NCBI GenBank assembly: GCA_964106915.2
Contig: OZ066920.1
Reading direction: 5' to 3' (one strand)
Origin: Podarcis gaigeae
Lineage: Eukaryota
DNA: 64,000 bases
Under the pieces are notes generated by a model, which was given only the letters and a program-made list of their open reading frames with translations, ran no database searches and was not told the DNA's origin. Within the stretch, counting starts at the first letter, position 1, and each line of letters begins with the position of its first letter. Below are positions 51,780 to 64,000 of this stretch, piece by piece. The position numbers were made by a program, and so were the translations under genes.

Positions 51780-54250
51780 CACCCCACTTTGCGGTCAGGT
51801 AAGCGGTGGTGATCAGCTACTGAGTCATTCTTTCAAAGTAGCACTTAGGAACGAGGAAAGTAACACTTCCAACCCTAACCCGCGATTTAAGCGCCTTAAG
51901 CGCTCCGCTTGATTCCCGACTCAACTAGCCCTCTCCGAGCGCCTCTCTTTTTCCTCCCCCATCGCACACGTCTGATTAATACCAGCTGTTTCCCTCGATC
52001 TTTCCGTTTAAGCTCTCAGCAGCTTCTTCTTCCCCAACTTTAAGCTCAACTCTGCAGCCGAGAGACATGCAGCCATAGGGAACCTTGGGATTGGGAATGC
52101 AAAAGAGAGAGAGCAGGAGGAGACAGCGCTTCCACTGCAGAGGTCCAGAGCTACAATTTACTATATAACCACACCCACCGCATTGCAGAAGCCACGAGCT
52201 GGGGAGAGGCGAAGTGGGGAAGGAGGGAGGGGAGAGAAGGAACAGGCAGGAACCCACGGACGAGGCGGGGCGAGACATAACACGATGCCAAGGCCAGTTC
52301 TCAGGCACGGGCTGAGGGCGGAAGCTTCTTTCCCCGTGCCTGCGGCAGACTCTGCAAAGGAGTTAACCGCCCAAAGTTGAAGGAGGCCCAGCAGGTAAGC
52401 AAGGAAAAGGGATGCACGATGTTGTGCTCAGCAAAAAGTCTGCCCAGAAGGATACCTGCTACATCAGACCACATGGCGTTGAAAGGGAGGGGAATGTTGC
52501 CACTTCCCCTACTTTGGGACGCCATCCTGCTGCGAAAACTGCTTCATAACCACCACCACCGAAGTTTAGATAAGTTTTGTGGTTTTTTTTGTGGGGAGGG
52601 TGTTTATTTACCTCACATCACATCCACGTCCCTCCACCTTTCAGTTCCCTAACGTTACTCAATAAAAGAGTACCACAGCCAGGAAGGTCAATATTGCCAT
52701 ACTGGAAGAAATGGAAACGGCCAGTCATGGTGGGCGAAGGGGGCAACCTTGAGAAGATGCCCACGGCTGCGCCTGGGCACCAAGAGAAGGCGTAGTGGGG
52801 GCGGAAGGCGTATGACAAGCAGGACATCCTATCTCCTAGGAGTCAAATCAAAGGCTGTACAGAAAGGGGGCAAGGCCACGAAGCCCCATGGAAAGGCACC
52901 ATCTGGATGGCCACAGGGACGGCCCGATGCTGGATACTAGATGGGCCTCTGGCCTGATCCAGCTGCGCGCTTCTTAGGACGGGCAATGCTGAGGAAGGTA
53001 AGCAAGGCAGCCCCAAGCAGCCAGCTCTCACGGTGAAACGGAAGGGCAGCGCAGGCAGGAAGGACAAAAGCTTCTTGGTACCTGGGCTCGGTTTCTGCAG
53101 GTTTTTGCTATGCTCGTTGAGCCCGATGCAAGCGCCCTTTTCCGCCAGCTCACCGCAACCCTTCTCGCTCGTCTTAAGCCCAGACGACAGCGCCCTGCCC
53201 CAGCCGCCCCAGACTCCCTTCTTCCAGAATTCCTAAGCCCCAGGCAACTCCGGAGGAGGAGGCACTGCAGAGCCACAGCCACCCCGTCGCAGCAAAGTCA
53301 ACTCACGCGCAGATTGCAAATGCTCCACCCGCGCGCGCGCGCACCGAGCCCCGGCCATTCCGCCGGCGCCCAGCTGCAGCCTAGGCATACCTTTCCCCGG
53401 CTTCCAAGGCAGACCGTGCCTTTCCGACTTAAGCCCCAGGCCATTCCTTGTTACTGCTTTATTCTGCTGCCTGCCCCCCCCCCCCGGCAGCGCCCTTCCT
53501 CCCACCCCCATTCATTTCCCTAAATCAGCAGGGAGACCTTGGCCGGCGCTAGCAAATGCAGCAGGCAGCGAGTTCCCCGCCTAACTCAGATCTCCAAGCT
53601 CCTCAAACCAGGGGCACCACCAGGGGCCAAGGCCACAAAGCAGCCCCTCGCTCGGGGCGCGGGGAAGCGGCTTTCCTGCCTGCCAGCTCCTCGCCAGGGA
53701 GGAAGCGCCAGGAGAGCAGCTGCCCACCCCGCAGCCCCGGCTTGGCGCCCTTCTGCAGGCCGAGTGCATGCGAAATGTTCAACCACGGACAACTGTTAAC
53801 TTAAAAATGGCTTCTAGAACATGCATCACGATTCACGGGAGACTTAAATCAATCGGAGCAGAAGGCGAAGGCCTTCGAGAGCCCCCTTTCCCTCCCCTCC
53901 TTCCCAGAGCCGCTTTGCAGAAGGAACGCGCGCAAAACACCACGGGAATAACGAGCAACCGCAAAGACTCAGAGGTCTGTGTACCTTGTCAAAAAGAGCG
54001 CTGCGAGGAGAGGAAGAGCCGGGACTCGGGATCCAAGTCGGCTTCCAGCACGTCACAAGGACGTGCAGCAGCTGCAGCAGCAAGAGCCACGCGTCAGCAG
54101 CAGCAGCAGCAAGCACAGCGAGGCTCAACCCAGGACGAGCCCTCTGCGTTTTTCAGCAAATCAGAATTAGGCAGACGCCTCCCCAGACCCCCGAAAACGG
54201 AAAAGAGAAGCAAGATCCTGCCAGCTCTTTAAAAAAAGAAGACGACGAGC
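51780..54250 (-). promoter_or_regulatory. CpG island: probable EPB41L3 promoter(s) and non-coding first exon(s)
   Basis: Abrupt rise in GC and CpG density (e.g. cgcgcgcgcgc around 53330-53342) about 22-24 kb upstream of the ATG exon. Candidate minus-strand donors end at 53985 (AAG|gtacac), 53391 (AAG|gtatgc), 53154 (GCG|gtgagc) and 52612 (GAG|gtaaat). The exact TSS and exon cannot be fixed from sequence. Confidence 0.8.
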
Positions 54251-55123
54251 AGAGGAAAAAAACTAACCTTCCAGTAAACAAAAAAGAAAGACCATATGCT
54301 AAAAACAACCCACCAAATGCACTTTTCTTCATCAGCAATGCAGATGTCTGGATTTACAAGATCCAGCTAATTTTGGCCACATCTCCTGAACCAAACACAC
54401 CCAAACGTCAATGGTGCAATAACACAATTGCAGTTAAAAAGAATAAGATCAGAAGCTGGCTTGACACAAGTCAACAATCTAGTGGCATGTCTACAGTAAT
54501 AAGAAATACTAGCACTTCAGCACTACTAGCATCCTTTTCCTTGGAAGTAGGTCACATTGGTTTCAGCGCAACTTACGTTTATGTAAGTATGATAAGGATG
54601 TCACATGTAACACTTAGCATTACAGTGCACTACAGAGTGCTCAAAGCATTTTACATACCTGATCTTGCTATAATCCTTAGAACTTATTGCCGGTGGAAAA
54701 GCTACAGCCAAAATGGATTGTCTGAAACCACATTATGAAACTGGCAGAAGCAAGATTCAAACTGGGGACTTGCTACTTCATAGCTCAGCCTGCTACTGGC
54801 CAAATTAGTAGAAACCTGTTAGTTTTAGTGTCCCAATTGACACACAACGCTGTCAAAACCATAGCTCAGCATGAATGATAAAGTTTGTGATTACTTGAGC
54901 AAAAATCACAGCAGCAGCTTTAACTTCTTCCCTGGTTCTGCGGCTGTTGCATTACCAGGAGCTAAGCCATGGTCTGGCGTAGCTTTAAGTGTGAACCTTG
55001 ACTCATGGGTTTTTGTCTCCCTCAAATCACAACCAGTAAGCCAAGATCAAGACTTGGCTGTAGCTCAGCTACAAACCTTACAGTGCCTGGATGCCCTTCA
55101 TATAGAAGATGGAATATGCAGAG

Positions 55124-55220
55124 CAGGGATGGGGATCCTGTGGCCCGATGTTGTTGGACTCCAACTCCCATCAACCGTAGCCAACAGAGCCAGTAGTAAG
55201 GAATGATGGGAGTTGTAGTC
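55124..55220. mobile_element. Truncated URR1-like hAT MITE
   Basis: gttgttggactccaactcccatca...tgatgggagttgtagtc core; further degenerate relatives at ~3110-3190, ~8020-8100, ~60772-60888. Confidence 0.6.
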
Positions 55221-55837
55221 TGTTCTCACTCCTGTGCTAACACTGGAGTGTCTCATTCCCGGTGCATATAGCTCCAAGCTCCTCAAACCAGGGGGACCAC
55301 CCTGAAGTAGAAAGTGGCAAACGCTGCTTACAAAAAATGCACCTTACAAAAGACCTGCAGGTCTTATACTAGTAAAAATGGTCCCAGGAATGTAATGGAA
55401 TGGGATATATTTGTGCAACAAGTATACTCTATCTGCCCAACTCTGTAGAGGTTGTATTATTTCTGGTAATTAAACCCCCAATTCCATATGAATGTATCTT
55501 CTCTGGGGACTGACTGGTTAGAATGTCAGGTATTGAGTTTTTTGCATTGGAAATACTATGCATGTATGATCTCAGTAATCCTAACAACCACCTTGTAAGT
55601 TTTGTAACTATTACTTAAGGTTTTGCCAAAGGCCACCTAGTGAGATTTGAATCATGGGTATGCCAACTCCTAGCACACAATTCTAGTCATCACACTACTT
55701 TGGATTGCAAAGTACTGTCAATGAGACCTCTGAACCAAGTATATCAGTGCCATTATTTATATCGGTATTTTCCCCTTCCTCTAAGGAACTAGTGCATACA
55801 TACTGGATTCTCATTTTTAAAAAATGAACTCAAAACA

Positions 55838-56268
55838 TGGAGGAAAGGAAAGGAAAAAGGCTAGAGAGTAGTTCAGACTCAGGGGCAGGAGGGTGGGGGT
55901 GGGCAAGAGACAGAGATGAGTCAGCCTGCTGAAGAAGCCAGGGAGTCTGCCTCTCTTGCTGTGACCAGCTCCCCTCCTGCCTGGTCTCCAAGAACACGAA
56001 GATAAATGAAGAGGGCGGAGCAAAGAGAAACAAGATGATGGAGTCTTAGGCTGCTGGGGAAGGAACCCAGAGAAGAACCTTAGAGAGCGGGAAGCTGGGG
56101 ATCTTCAGTCCTCACAACTGCCTCATTTGAGCAAGACCTACTGGAAAGAGTTGCTGCCCTGCCATCACTAGGTCTGTGCTGTTTTGCTTTCTCTGAATAA
56201 AGCGTTAACTTCACTGACACTGGGTGTTTTATTGCTAAGCTGCCCCTGGTCAGCTCCTGCTCCTCACA
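55838..56268 (+). mobile_element. Candidate solo LTR
   Basis: TG...CA ends with short inverted termini (tg-gagga / tcctcaca); AATAAA at 56196-56201 about 70 nt from the 3' end; GC-richer than the flanks; no clear TSD. Confidence 0.4.
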
Positions 56269-59200
56269 GCAGGCAAGAAACAAAAGGCTTATATAAAAGT
56301 GATCCATTTTTGGAATATATTGTGCTTATAAATTGGTATTATAAAGGTATAAATTTATATTAATTAATGAGGATAGGCATGCATGGTACACCACATGTGT
56401 CCCTTTGGATTCCAGCCCATCTGGGCTTACAAAGTGGTTAAGAATATAATACTTTCTTATTGTTGAAGGCATGACACATTCCTGGTTCTTCTATTTCAAG
56501 TAGAGAGAACAGCATATTCACTTTACCTATGTATACAGTCTCCTTGCTGGGGTAAACAATCTTACCTTTGTTCTCCTCTTCTGAATTTCATTCCTTCCCT
56601 TTTCCTTTTTAAGAGATGAGATCACTGGTCTGAACATAATGTTCCAGATGAGCATGACCTATTGATTTGTACCACAGACTTATAATAATTGGCTGCTTTT
56701 TTCCATATTATTCTTACTGAATCTTAGCTGAGCAGTAGTCTTCAATCAACTGTCCTCAATTACCCTTCTAATAAGATATCAGAATAGGGATGGAGCTGGG
56801 GAGTTACTAAGGCTGCAAAACTTACATGGCAATATTTACTCAGAAGTAATTCCCACTAAACTTAGCCTTTGAAGAATACATAATTTCATGCATAAATATT
56901 AATTATTTTACCAAGTTAAAAACTTCTGTCATTCAAAACTTGGCAGTCTTCTAGCTAATATTACATGGAGACTGGACTGTCTGTGATGACTCAGTGGTTG
57001 TATATGCACATGTTCAGAAGTATTTGTTTCTTTACTATTGTTCAGCTGTTTCAAGTCTGATACTACAACCGTATAGTGCATTCAGAAGTAACGCCAATTG
57101 AGTTCAATAAGGCCTACTTCCAAGTAAGCTTACATAGGATTGTATCCTATGCTCCCACAATGAAAACAGGTGTGGTGACCCCTGAATTTATTTCTATTTA
57201 GTAATAGTATTTACCTGCCTCTCTGCTCAACTTAGTTAAATTCCCTCAATATCTTATTTGTAGTTTACTATTAGGGATGTGCACAGTTCTCAAGGTTCAC
57301 CTTGTATCTGTGTTTTAAGTAACTATGTAAGCAAGTAAGTAACCTGTTATATTCTCAATACTCTCTCTGCTTCAATCGGTACCACTCTTTCTAAAATGAA
57401 GATCTGTGCTCCCCCATTATTATTAGAATAATAAAAAATCAGCTATACCTTTTACTCCTTTTGACTAGAGGATGGAATTTACAGACACACTAACCCTTCT
57501 AGCATGGATTCAGCCTTTCAAAATTCATTTTCCCACAATAATCCTTTATGAGGGAGAAGGGAGATTGTGCTCTTTCTTACTGTAAGATGAGTGGTGTGGA
57601 ATCTGGCTTGTACAATTTTGAGAATTTTGCAGATTCATCTCAGACCTTGGACACATTCATAGCATACTTTTAAAGTGCTGTCCTACCACTTTAAGCAGCC
57701 GTGCCTTTCCCCAAAGAATTCCAGGAGCTGTAGTTTGTTAAGGGTCTGATGGTTGTTCCCCAAAACATGTAATTATTGGGTGCAACTTAACACAGTAACC
57801 ATTCTTGTTTTGATCTTTACTGAGAAGGCAGAAGACAATACAGGAGCTGTTGAGTAATTAATGAGATCTAATGTGTACTCTTTCTTTGCTTCATTTATAT
57901 GCATGGATTATGTACTCTTCTGAAACTGCAATAAATTTATGTGCAATAAATTATCCTAAATTAGTGGAACTATAATGCATCTTTCATTGCTTTAGACAGT
58001 GTATTACTTAAATAATTATACCAAAAACTATAAAAAGGCACCCTCTTCTTTTAAGATTGGTAACATTTTTATCTAGTCTCTTCCAGAAAAATGTAGCACC
58101 TGGAATGTGACAATGGTGATGCTTAGCTATGAACTGCAGCAAGATTTCACATCCCTGTTTTGTTCCATTGGACAGGAGAATTTCAGATCAAGCTTCTACT
58201 TCAAGCAGTTATATTACATTCCAGAGCTTTCAGAGCACAAAACGAGAAATTTTGCTTAATTGTGCTTAATTAGAAAAAGAAAATTTTATTGCTAGGTAGG
58301 AGGTGAAAATTGTATAAAACTCAGGCAACTATAATTAAATGCTTGACTAAAGTCAAGTCTGCTAAAAAAACCAGTGAGTTTTAGGAGTACCTAACTTTGC
58401 AGAATTGTTTTACAGGACTTTAAAAGGCAAGTACAGTTGAGCTGCTTTATTTGTTTACCTCCACAGAGAAGCAAATTTCCTACTGCCCATCTACCAAAAT
58501 CCTAATGGACATTTCTGCATTTTGTTGGGAAATTATTTACTATCAGACAAATATTACAACAGTTGAAGTAACATGGATTAATTCAGGGACATTTTACCAA
58601 ATAGGAATATGTCACATAATTCCTGCATTGAAGACTCAGATTATTGTTTATGGAGTGAGAAAGTGGATTTTTAGGAAGAACATGGCTGCACATGTTTAAT
58701 AAATACTTCATATGCCTAGAAACCTGAGGTCTCGAAAAATAGTCTAAAGACCCCAAAAGAATAGTTCCTGAATTCAGAGCACTTTTGAAGGGATATCTAA
58801 GTTGAACTATCAGATTTATGGAGAAAAAATAAATAAAAAGCAATTTAAGATATATTAAAAATGTTAAATTAAAACACGCACACCAGTTTTGTGCTACATT
58901 TATACTGAATAACAATCATGGTAACCTCTGAAAACAATCAGAATTGTATGTAGCAGTTTTGAATATTACACTTGGGCATAATCAGCGTCCTTCCTTTAAG
59001 GTCCTTTTATTATGTCTGCACTGCAGATAGATTTATCTTTGTATGTTTATATTTCCCGATTATCATACTGCTTGGGCAGGCAAGGACATTACGCCATGAA
59101 ACAGAAAATTGTTAAATGCCAACTTATTTTTCCATTTTATCAGGGTGCTTTTCTACATATAAATCAACTGACTTCAGTGGAATTTTAAAACAGGTATACT

Positions 59201-61740
59201 TATTATCGCTATGGCAGTTTTTACCCTTCCAATTTATTTGTGTAAACTGACAATTTGTTTTAAACTATTCTGGAAACTGATTGGATTTGGTAACCAATTA
59301 AAAGTAAAACATGATTAAGGGTTTTAAGCATTGTGCTCTGCTGCTGTCAATGCAACTTTGAACTCAACATTACCATAGAATGTAATACCCAGGCTACAGG
59401 GCTGATTGTTTGAAAGTGCTGAAACAGTATAAATGAGACCTCAAACAAGTTAACAGGACATGCTGACTGACTGCCTCAGAAAACAAAACGAAGGCCACCA
59501 TTCTTCCAAAGAATGCTGCTTCCACAGAACATGACAAATGCAAAAAACCATTATGAAAGCTATTGGCAGAGACATAAGAGAAGATAAATGAGAGACAATT
59601 ATATTGTTGGAAAGGAACCGTGAGTCCAATCTATTAGTTTTATATAGTACTATTATATAATACAATCTATTAGTATTAACTAGAATCTAGTTACTCAATT
59701 AACTTATTGAAGGGGTGTATCTAAAATATAAATACCAGGCTGTGCAAAATGTTAGCTCTACTCAGAGTATACCCACTTAAATGAATGGACATGATGGGCA
59801 GGACAATGCGAACCTATCCTGGCTTTACCCAGTGGTGAAACCACCATATCTGCAGCCCCATTGTCCATGCCAGCCAGGGTGGTAGGTAGCAAATTCCTGG
59901 GCCCACCTAGAGCTGGCACTGTGTGGACTGACTCAGGATGCAGCAGATCTAGGGCTGGCTCAGTGTACCCACTCACTTCAAGTAGAGGCTAATAGGGATG
60001 GGTGGAGGGGCAACACCCTCTCCGCTGCAACCCACCACCCACAAGCTGGAGCAAAGGAAGGTTGGGTTGTAGCCTACTTTAGGTCATTTGATTTCAGTGC
60101 ATCTACTGCAAATATAACTTAGCCGGATACAACCCAATGATATGGATCCCTAACTTCCATAATTGAAGCTCTGCTCATAGGATAGGCCTTTCTCACCCTT
60201 CCCTTCCTGTTGCAATGCACTGCACATCCTCCTTCAAAATTATTTCTAAGGTTTGGAAGATCTTCCAAATGACAATGAGATGTAGCATGGATGTGTGCTC
60301 TACAGTGGTGTCAAGGAGCAGGAATGCTCTGGGACAAAGCACTGCCACTTATTTCAGGAATGATTATGTTATCTCTCAGGGCATTGTTTGCCAGTCCTCT
60401 GCAGGCAAATAAATAACTTTACTTTGGTAACTTCTGAGTCCACCAAAACACTTCATCAGGCTAGATGTTAGTTCAAAGCTGGTGGAAGGGTGTGAGAAGA
60501 GAGCTGGTCTACTAATGAATGCACAATATCTATATTGCAATAAGACTCTGGATTGCTGTCCCTTCCACTTTCCCCCAGAACAAAACAGGGATTTATCTTC
60601 TGATTCCTAGTCCAATCTGGAAACAATACTGGATGTGGAGGATTATTTACCCACCCTAGTAACTATTGGTGACTTCACATAACACCTGCCTTGGTTATCT
60701 GATAATCTGCTAAAACTCGTAACTTGTTCTTTGACCAAAAGTAATTTGATAAACTACAGAAGCTTTGGGAAGCTTCCCAAATGGGGGCAGGGGACCTCTG
60801 GCCCTCCAGATGTTACTGGACATCAGCTCCCACTCCCCTATGAAGCTGATAGATGAGAATATCTGGAGGTCCAAATGTTCCCCACCCCTCTTCCTGTGTC
60901 TTAAAAATAAATCAGTTCATGAGGTTTGAGAGATAGGAGATTGAAGCAGGAATGATCTGAGAATATAATGAACACTTTCTGATAACAGAATTGTCCTCTG
61001 TTTACACATAAGCACCTGTAGATTCAAGCATGTTTCTCTACACTTATATCTAAAAATATAACTGGGATCTGATGGTGAATATTTTTTTTATTAACTATCA
61101 TCTAATAATAATAATAATAATAAAAATTAAATCATTCAATCTCTCTCCTGCCTTTTTTCCCAAACACATCATGACCCAGCAGTCACATGCAAATCTGACA
61201 TGAAACTGAGAGACACTCTCCATGCGCCCCCATCCTGAAAATGCACGTCTGGAGAGACAGCATCCATCCAAATCAGTTCTTAGGCCCACTTTTGAATTTG
61301 TTTCTCCACAATATCATACATTAATGAATATAACATAAGAAAATATTTTGGCATTTCTATAGCACCTAATCAACTGTGTCCCCTGAGCAATTCACAATTT
61401 TAAATCCACATTATGTGGATTTAATGAAACATGAGAATAGAACTAATGCAATTTTCATGAATGTAGAAGTCTGTATTTCAAGCATCCCTTGCTTACATAA
61501 GTTTAGATACTACATGAGCTCTCTTCCTACAGATGCAGGTGGAATCTACACACATATTTTAAAAAGTTCTGAAAATGCTTTTTTAAAAGCTTTAAAAAAA
61601 ATACATCTAGTGTCCACAGTGCTCATATGAAAAGCCCATGAGTAAATAAAATGTGTATATAAGCATTTGGCTGTGACTGATAAATTGGCTCTCAATGTGA
61701 TTTCTATCTGTTTCTTATGTCGCATCATGAAACTATAGAA

Positions 61741-61875
61741 CAGGATTTCCCAAGTTTGGGTCTCCAGTTGTTTTTGGGCTACAATTCCCATCATCCCTGA
61801 CCACTGGTCCTGCTAGCTAGGGATGATGGGAGTTGTAGTCAAAAACAGCTGGAGACCCAAGTTTATGAAACCCTA
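61741..61875. mobile_element. Non-autonomous hAT MITE (URR1-like), same family as 2026-2161 in opposite orientation
   Basis: Body nearly identical to the reverse complement of 2026-2161; TIRs and TSD degenerate. Confidence 0.85.
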
Positions 61876-62971
61876 CTATAATCATATTTTGGGTATTTTT
61901 AGGGGAGCTAAGGATTTCACAAACATTTTTAAAGTTTGTAAGTCATCTTCATCATATGTTCATTAACATTTACACTAACTACTTATCTATGCAGCTTTCC
62001 TGTTTGATAGACAGGGAGATATTTTGGGCACCTTAATTTTATTTATTTGTTTATTTTAAAAGTTGACAAGATATAAAATGATTTTTAAAATTAAAAAAAA
62101 ATGATCTGGGACACTATTTTTCCTAGAGAAGTTTCACATTTCTCTCAGTACTCTTAAGTACTTAACAGTTTGACTTTTTTTTTTTACTATCCCACAGAAA
62201 AAAATACTCCCCTTAATCCCTTTTCTTAGCAGCTCTTTACTATTTCCATGTTGCCCTTTCTGAGAAGTGCAAGCAACAGGCATGATCGGAAGAGCATGTT
62301 CATTACGCACTTCAGTTCAAGAGGCCAATTAGCTGCTTGTTGCTAAGTACAGACTGAGTACACAAGAAAATGCCAATGTGAGTATCCCACACGTGTCAAT
62401 GTAGGAGAGTTATTATTTATGAATTCCCTTTTGTATGTACCAAAATGATTTACAAAACGTATAATAAAAGCAGCTAAAAATAGTTTTTAAAACAATACAA
62501 AAATAACTCAAAATGGTTTATAAGCAATACAACTAAGGCAGAAGCCTTTGCATCCAGTTGGGAAAAGCTTGTTGAGACAAATAAAGTCTTCAGTTGTTTT
62601 CAGAAAGAGAAGATAGTGGCCATGTGCTGTACCTCAACAGGAATGCTGTTGCACAGAACAGGGGAAGCCACAACAAAAACCTCTGCCCTGTGTTACTATG
62701 GAGCAGACTTCTGATACTTTGAGGACTTGAAGGAGAAAGTCACTCTAGCCATCATCCAGGCTGTTTCCTAGCATGTAGCGCTGCACTATACCAGGTAGCA
62801 AAACATGCTCCACAGTGTTAGAATGGGCGCTAAGGATTGCACCATTCCACAGCAAGATTAGGGCTTCTGGAGCTCTATGCTCCACAAATAAGGCACATTC
62901 TTAAAAATTTGCAGCCATGTTCTCTGCTATATGGTTAAGATTTGTCAGCATTACTTTGCTGTTCTATATGC

Positions 62972-63038
62972 AGGGACATCATGCAGGGTTGGACTAGAAG
63001 ACCCTTGGGTACCTACCTTCCAACTCTATGATTCTATG
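62972..63038 (+). mobile_element. CR1-type 3' end (LINE or CR1-tailed SINE)
   Basis: gggttggactagaagaccctt...ttccaactctatgattctatg terminal octamer repeat. Confidence 0.7.
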
Positions 63039-63675
63039 TGTTATTTGAAACATCTATTTCAACATATTTTGGTGCCTTTTCCTATCCAAAATATGATATG
63101 CATTTGCTAACTTCGTTCTACCCTGCATACCTTTTCTTGTTCTTCCTAGCACAGGTATATCCATGGTGGCATAATTAAAGTACTTATGGTAGCTGTTCCA
63201 CTTGAAACACCCCACAAAGGTAAGAGATGGCTTGGAGAAAATGTCTTGCGCCCTTTGCAACATGCTGCATACATTTGCTGTCTGGAGAGAACCACTACAG
63301 GGAATTCTTCAAACAGACCTCATAACAGCTATTAGATTGTCAGTCTGCTTGTGTTGCTATGCAACAAGTTCTTTTTAGAATTTTGGAGACAGATCTGAGA
63401 ACTATCCTGATCCATAGTACACACACCATTCATTCATTCAATCCCTATCCTGACATGTTCTCTGGCCAGCTTGGGTGTTGTTATGTTTTTAGGTTCTCAA
63501 AGCTATAGAAAAATGCATGTAAACTATAGGAGCCTCTTCAGAAATGTTTACTCTTGCATATATCTTAAAACTGCAATCCTATGCATACTAATCTAGTTTC
63601 ATATCCTAATGAACTAAGTAGATATGTACAGATATGCTTCAGGTTAAGAACTTTGCTTCAGGATAAGAAAAGGTA

Positions 63676-63907
63676 CAGTGGTACCTCGGGTGAAGTACTT
63701 TATTCATTCTGGAGGTCCGTTCTTAACCTGAAACTGTTTTTAACCTGAAGCACCACTTTAGCTAATGGGGCCTCTGCGCCACTGGAGCATGATTTCTGTT
63801 CTCATCCTGAAGCAAAGTTCTTAACCTGAAGCACTATTTCTGGGTTTGCAGAGTCTGTAACCTGAAGCATATGTAACCTGAAGCGTATGTAACCTGAAGT
63901 ACCACTG
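63676..63907. mobile_element. Tc1/mariner (pogo/Tigger-like) MITE
   Basis: TA TSD; TIR CAGTGGTAC; similar to the 29257 and 47868 copies. Confidence 0.9.
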
Positions 63908-64000
63908 TATAGGATTGTGATGTTAATCACAGAATAAACCTCACTTACTTGTTCTACACATACAATTGCTCTTCGCAAACTTTTCAGGTCTTTCATTTTC

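Noticed and set aside
53986-54738. 250-aa plus-strand ORF and the many overlapping ORFs at 52-54.3 kb
   Set aside because: Expected by-product of the GC-rich, stop-poor CpG island; no recognisable domain; mostly non-ATG starts.

Overview
Vertebrate genomic DNA, almost certainly a squamate and probably a lacertid lizard (Sauria-type SINEs, Penelope-type ends, URR1-like hAT and CAGTGGTACC MITEs). The window holds the 5' half of EPB41L3 (protein 4.1B/DAL-1) on the minus strand. A CpG-island promoter/first-exon region lies at about 51.8-54.25 kb. Ten coding exons (30310 down to 1142, all GT-AG, 1381 nt in frame) encode the N-terminal U1 region, the FERM domain and the FERM-adjacent region; the gene continues past position 1. 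The rest is intronic or upstream DNA full of transposon remnants. Most notable: (1) a 600-bp near-perfect palindrome (293-bp arms, 1 mismatch that is G-U on the sense strand) in intron 1; (2) a tandem-AG exon-2 acceptor that could skip AUG1, as in 4.1R/4.1B intrasplicing, plus AG-free pyrimidine-tract/5'-splice-site elements upstream; (3) a 17-Gln tract in the N-terminus; (4) a TSD-flanked Penelope-type hairpin carrying a minimal hammerhead-ribozyme motif, and a 25-bp micro-insertion of the same family; (5) several template-switch or micro-duplication footprints. No prokaryotic-type system, CRISPR array, rRNA or real tRNA gene is visible. Repeat family names come from recognition of the sequence, not from a database search.
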